DNA of 64,000 nucleotides from an uncultured Pseudomonadota bacterium (GTDB lineage Bacteria; Pseudomonadota; Alphaproteobacteria; UBA9219): NCBI GenBank assembly GCA_903824505.1, contig CAIJXG010000081.1, positions 40,044 to 104,043 of the forward strand, read 5' to 3'. Shown piece by piece: positions 63,208 to 64,000 of this stretch (position 1 is its first letter; each line of letters starts with the position of its first letter). The notes under the pieces were generated by a model. It saw only the letters and a program-made list of their open reading frames with translations, ran no database searches and was not told where the DNA came from. The position numbers and the translations under genes were made by a program.

Positions 63208-63531
63208 ATGCGTCTATCCAAACGCACGCTGCAGATGGGGACCTCGCTTCTGGCGGCCGTCCTTGTTGGCTATTTCCTTTTTGAAACTGTCGAGGGCAAG
63301 CGCGGCCTTGTCGCCGAAAAGAAGCTGCAGGCCGAAGTCAGGGCCGAGCAAGAGAAACTGACCAGATTGAAGAATGAAAATGACGCGCTCGATCACCGGA
63401 TTCATTTGATGCGGCCCGGGAGTCTTGATCCTGATTTGCTGGATGAGGAATCCCGAAAGACGTTGAATTATTCAAAACCCGGTGAGGTGGTTATCCTTTC
63501 GCCGGAGTCTCCCGCACCGCCTCCACCCTAA
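63208..63531 (+). CDS. ftsB: Septum formation initiator (FtsB/DivIC family)
   Basis: N-terminal TM, a coiled coil (LQAEVRAEQEKLTRLKNENDALDHRIHLM), and a Pro-rich C-terminus. Confidence 0.6.
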   Translation: MRLSKRTLQMGTSLLAAVLVGYFLFETVEGKRGLVAEKKLQAEVRAEQEKLTRLKNENDALDHRIHLMRPGSLDPDLLDEESRKTLNYSKPGEVVILSPESPAPPPP

Positions 63532-63545
63532 TTTAGGTTTTAGCC

Positions 63546-64000
63546 TCAAGGTCCCTCTTCGCTTTTTGGTTGGCAGACAGGGCGGCCGGTCGCGGCGCGG
63601 ATAAAATCTACAATCTGGGCGACTTGGGCGTTGCTTTTATAATGCGCGGCGGTTTCTTCAAGCCTTTCGGCCAGAGTCCCTTCCGGTGCGAAAAGCATAC
63701 GGTATGCGCCCCGCAAGGCGCGCACTTCTTCGCGCCCGAAGCCGCGCCGCTCGAGCCCGACCATGTTCAGCCCCGCCAAATGGGCACGTTCCCCCTTCAC
63801 AAGCCCGAAGGGGATCACGTCTTTTTCAACGCCCGACATGCCGCCGATAATGGCAAAGGGGCCTATGCGCACAAATTGATGCACGGCGGAAAGCCCGCCG
63901 ATGATGACATAATCGCCCAGAGTCACATGCCCTGCCAAAGTTGCGTTATTGGCCAAAATGACATGATCGCCCAACTTGCAGTCATGCGCGACATGGGATC
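63546..64000 (-). CDS. lpxA: UDP-N-acetylglucosamine O-acyltransferase, C-terminal part (gene continues past the window end)
   Basis: Hexapeptide repeats ([37 protein letters not shown]) and the LpxA C-terminal helical domain ([12 protein letters not shown]...). Stop at 63546. Confidence 0.8.
   Translation of the reverse strand, partial: SHVAHDCKLGDHVILANNATLAGHVTLGDYVIIGGLSAVHQFVRIGPFAIIGGMSGVEKDVIPFGLVKGERAHLAGLNMVGLERRGFGREEVRALRGAYRMLFAPEGTLAERLEETAAHYKSNAQVAQIVDFIRAATGRPVCQPKSEEGP

Overview
This 64-kb window is chromosomal DNA from a GC-rich alphaproteobacterium. Three things support that call: a CcrM-type GANTC methyltransferase with DPPY motif, a CTTG-N17-CCTATAT RpoH-type promoter in front of dnaK, and the presence of system-I ccm genes. 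Roughly 21 kb to 64 kb is ordinary housekeeping: mltG, rplJ-rplL, purE, metG, waaA, trpS, pflB-pflA, dnaX, ahcY, ccmB/C/D/E, mnmG, an N-terminal-half-only carB, frr, rluB-like, an HpnA-like epimerase, dnaK, etfA, ispB, rlmN, pdhC(E2), glmS, a DsbA-like oxidoreductase, rpe, rnhA, ftsB-like and the 3' end of lpxA. The first 21 kb is an envelope and secretion neighbourhood with four parts. (a) A GspC/PilP-like, GspE, GspF, GspL-like, GspM-like module on the plus strand. (b) A second, paralogous GspF, GspL-like, GspM-like, GspC/PilP-like module on the minus strand, which lacks an ATPase, a secretin and pilins within the window. (c) A three-repeat YbjQ/DUF74 membrane protein overlapping an M48 HExxH peptidase. 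(d) One co-directional minus-strand block. Its upstream part is a VirB9/DotH-like secreted protein, a VirB10/TrbI-fold protein with a polyQ coiled coil and a Gly/Tyr-rich tail, and a Pro-rich bitopic protein. Its downstream part is a curli cluster: a long CsgA-like curlin-repeat protein, an unknown secreted protein, CsgF and CsgG. Non-genic structure includes a roughly 110-bp miniature element with terminal inverted repeats (TATACTCGG...CCGAGTATA) present in three copies, a roughly 36-bp nested palindromic element after two stop codons, and an A/T-richer 0.8-kb insertion flanked by roughly 157-bp imperfect direct repeats that duplicate the leader and first 23 codons of pdhC. There is also a CtrA-like box and two GANTC sites upstream of ccrM, and there are several intrinsic terminators. 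I recognised no rRNA, tRNA or CRISPR array.
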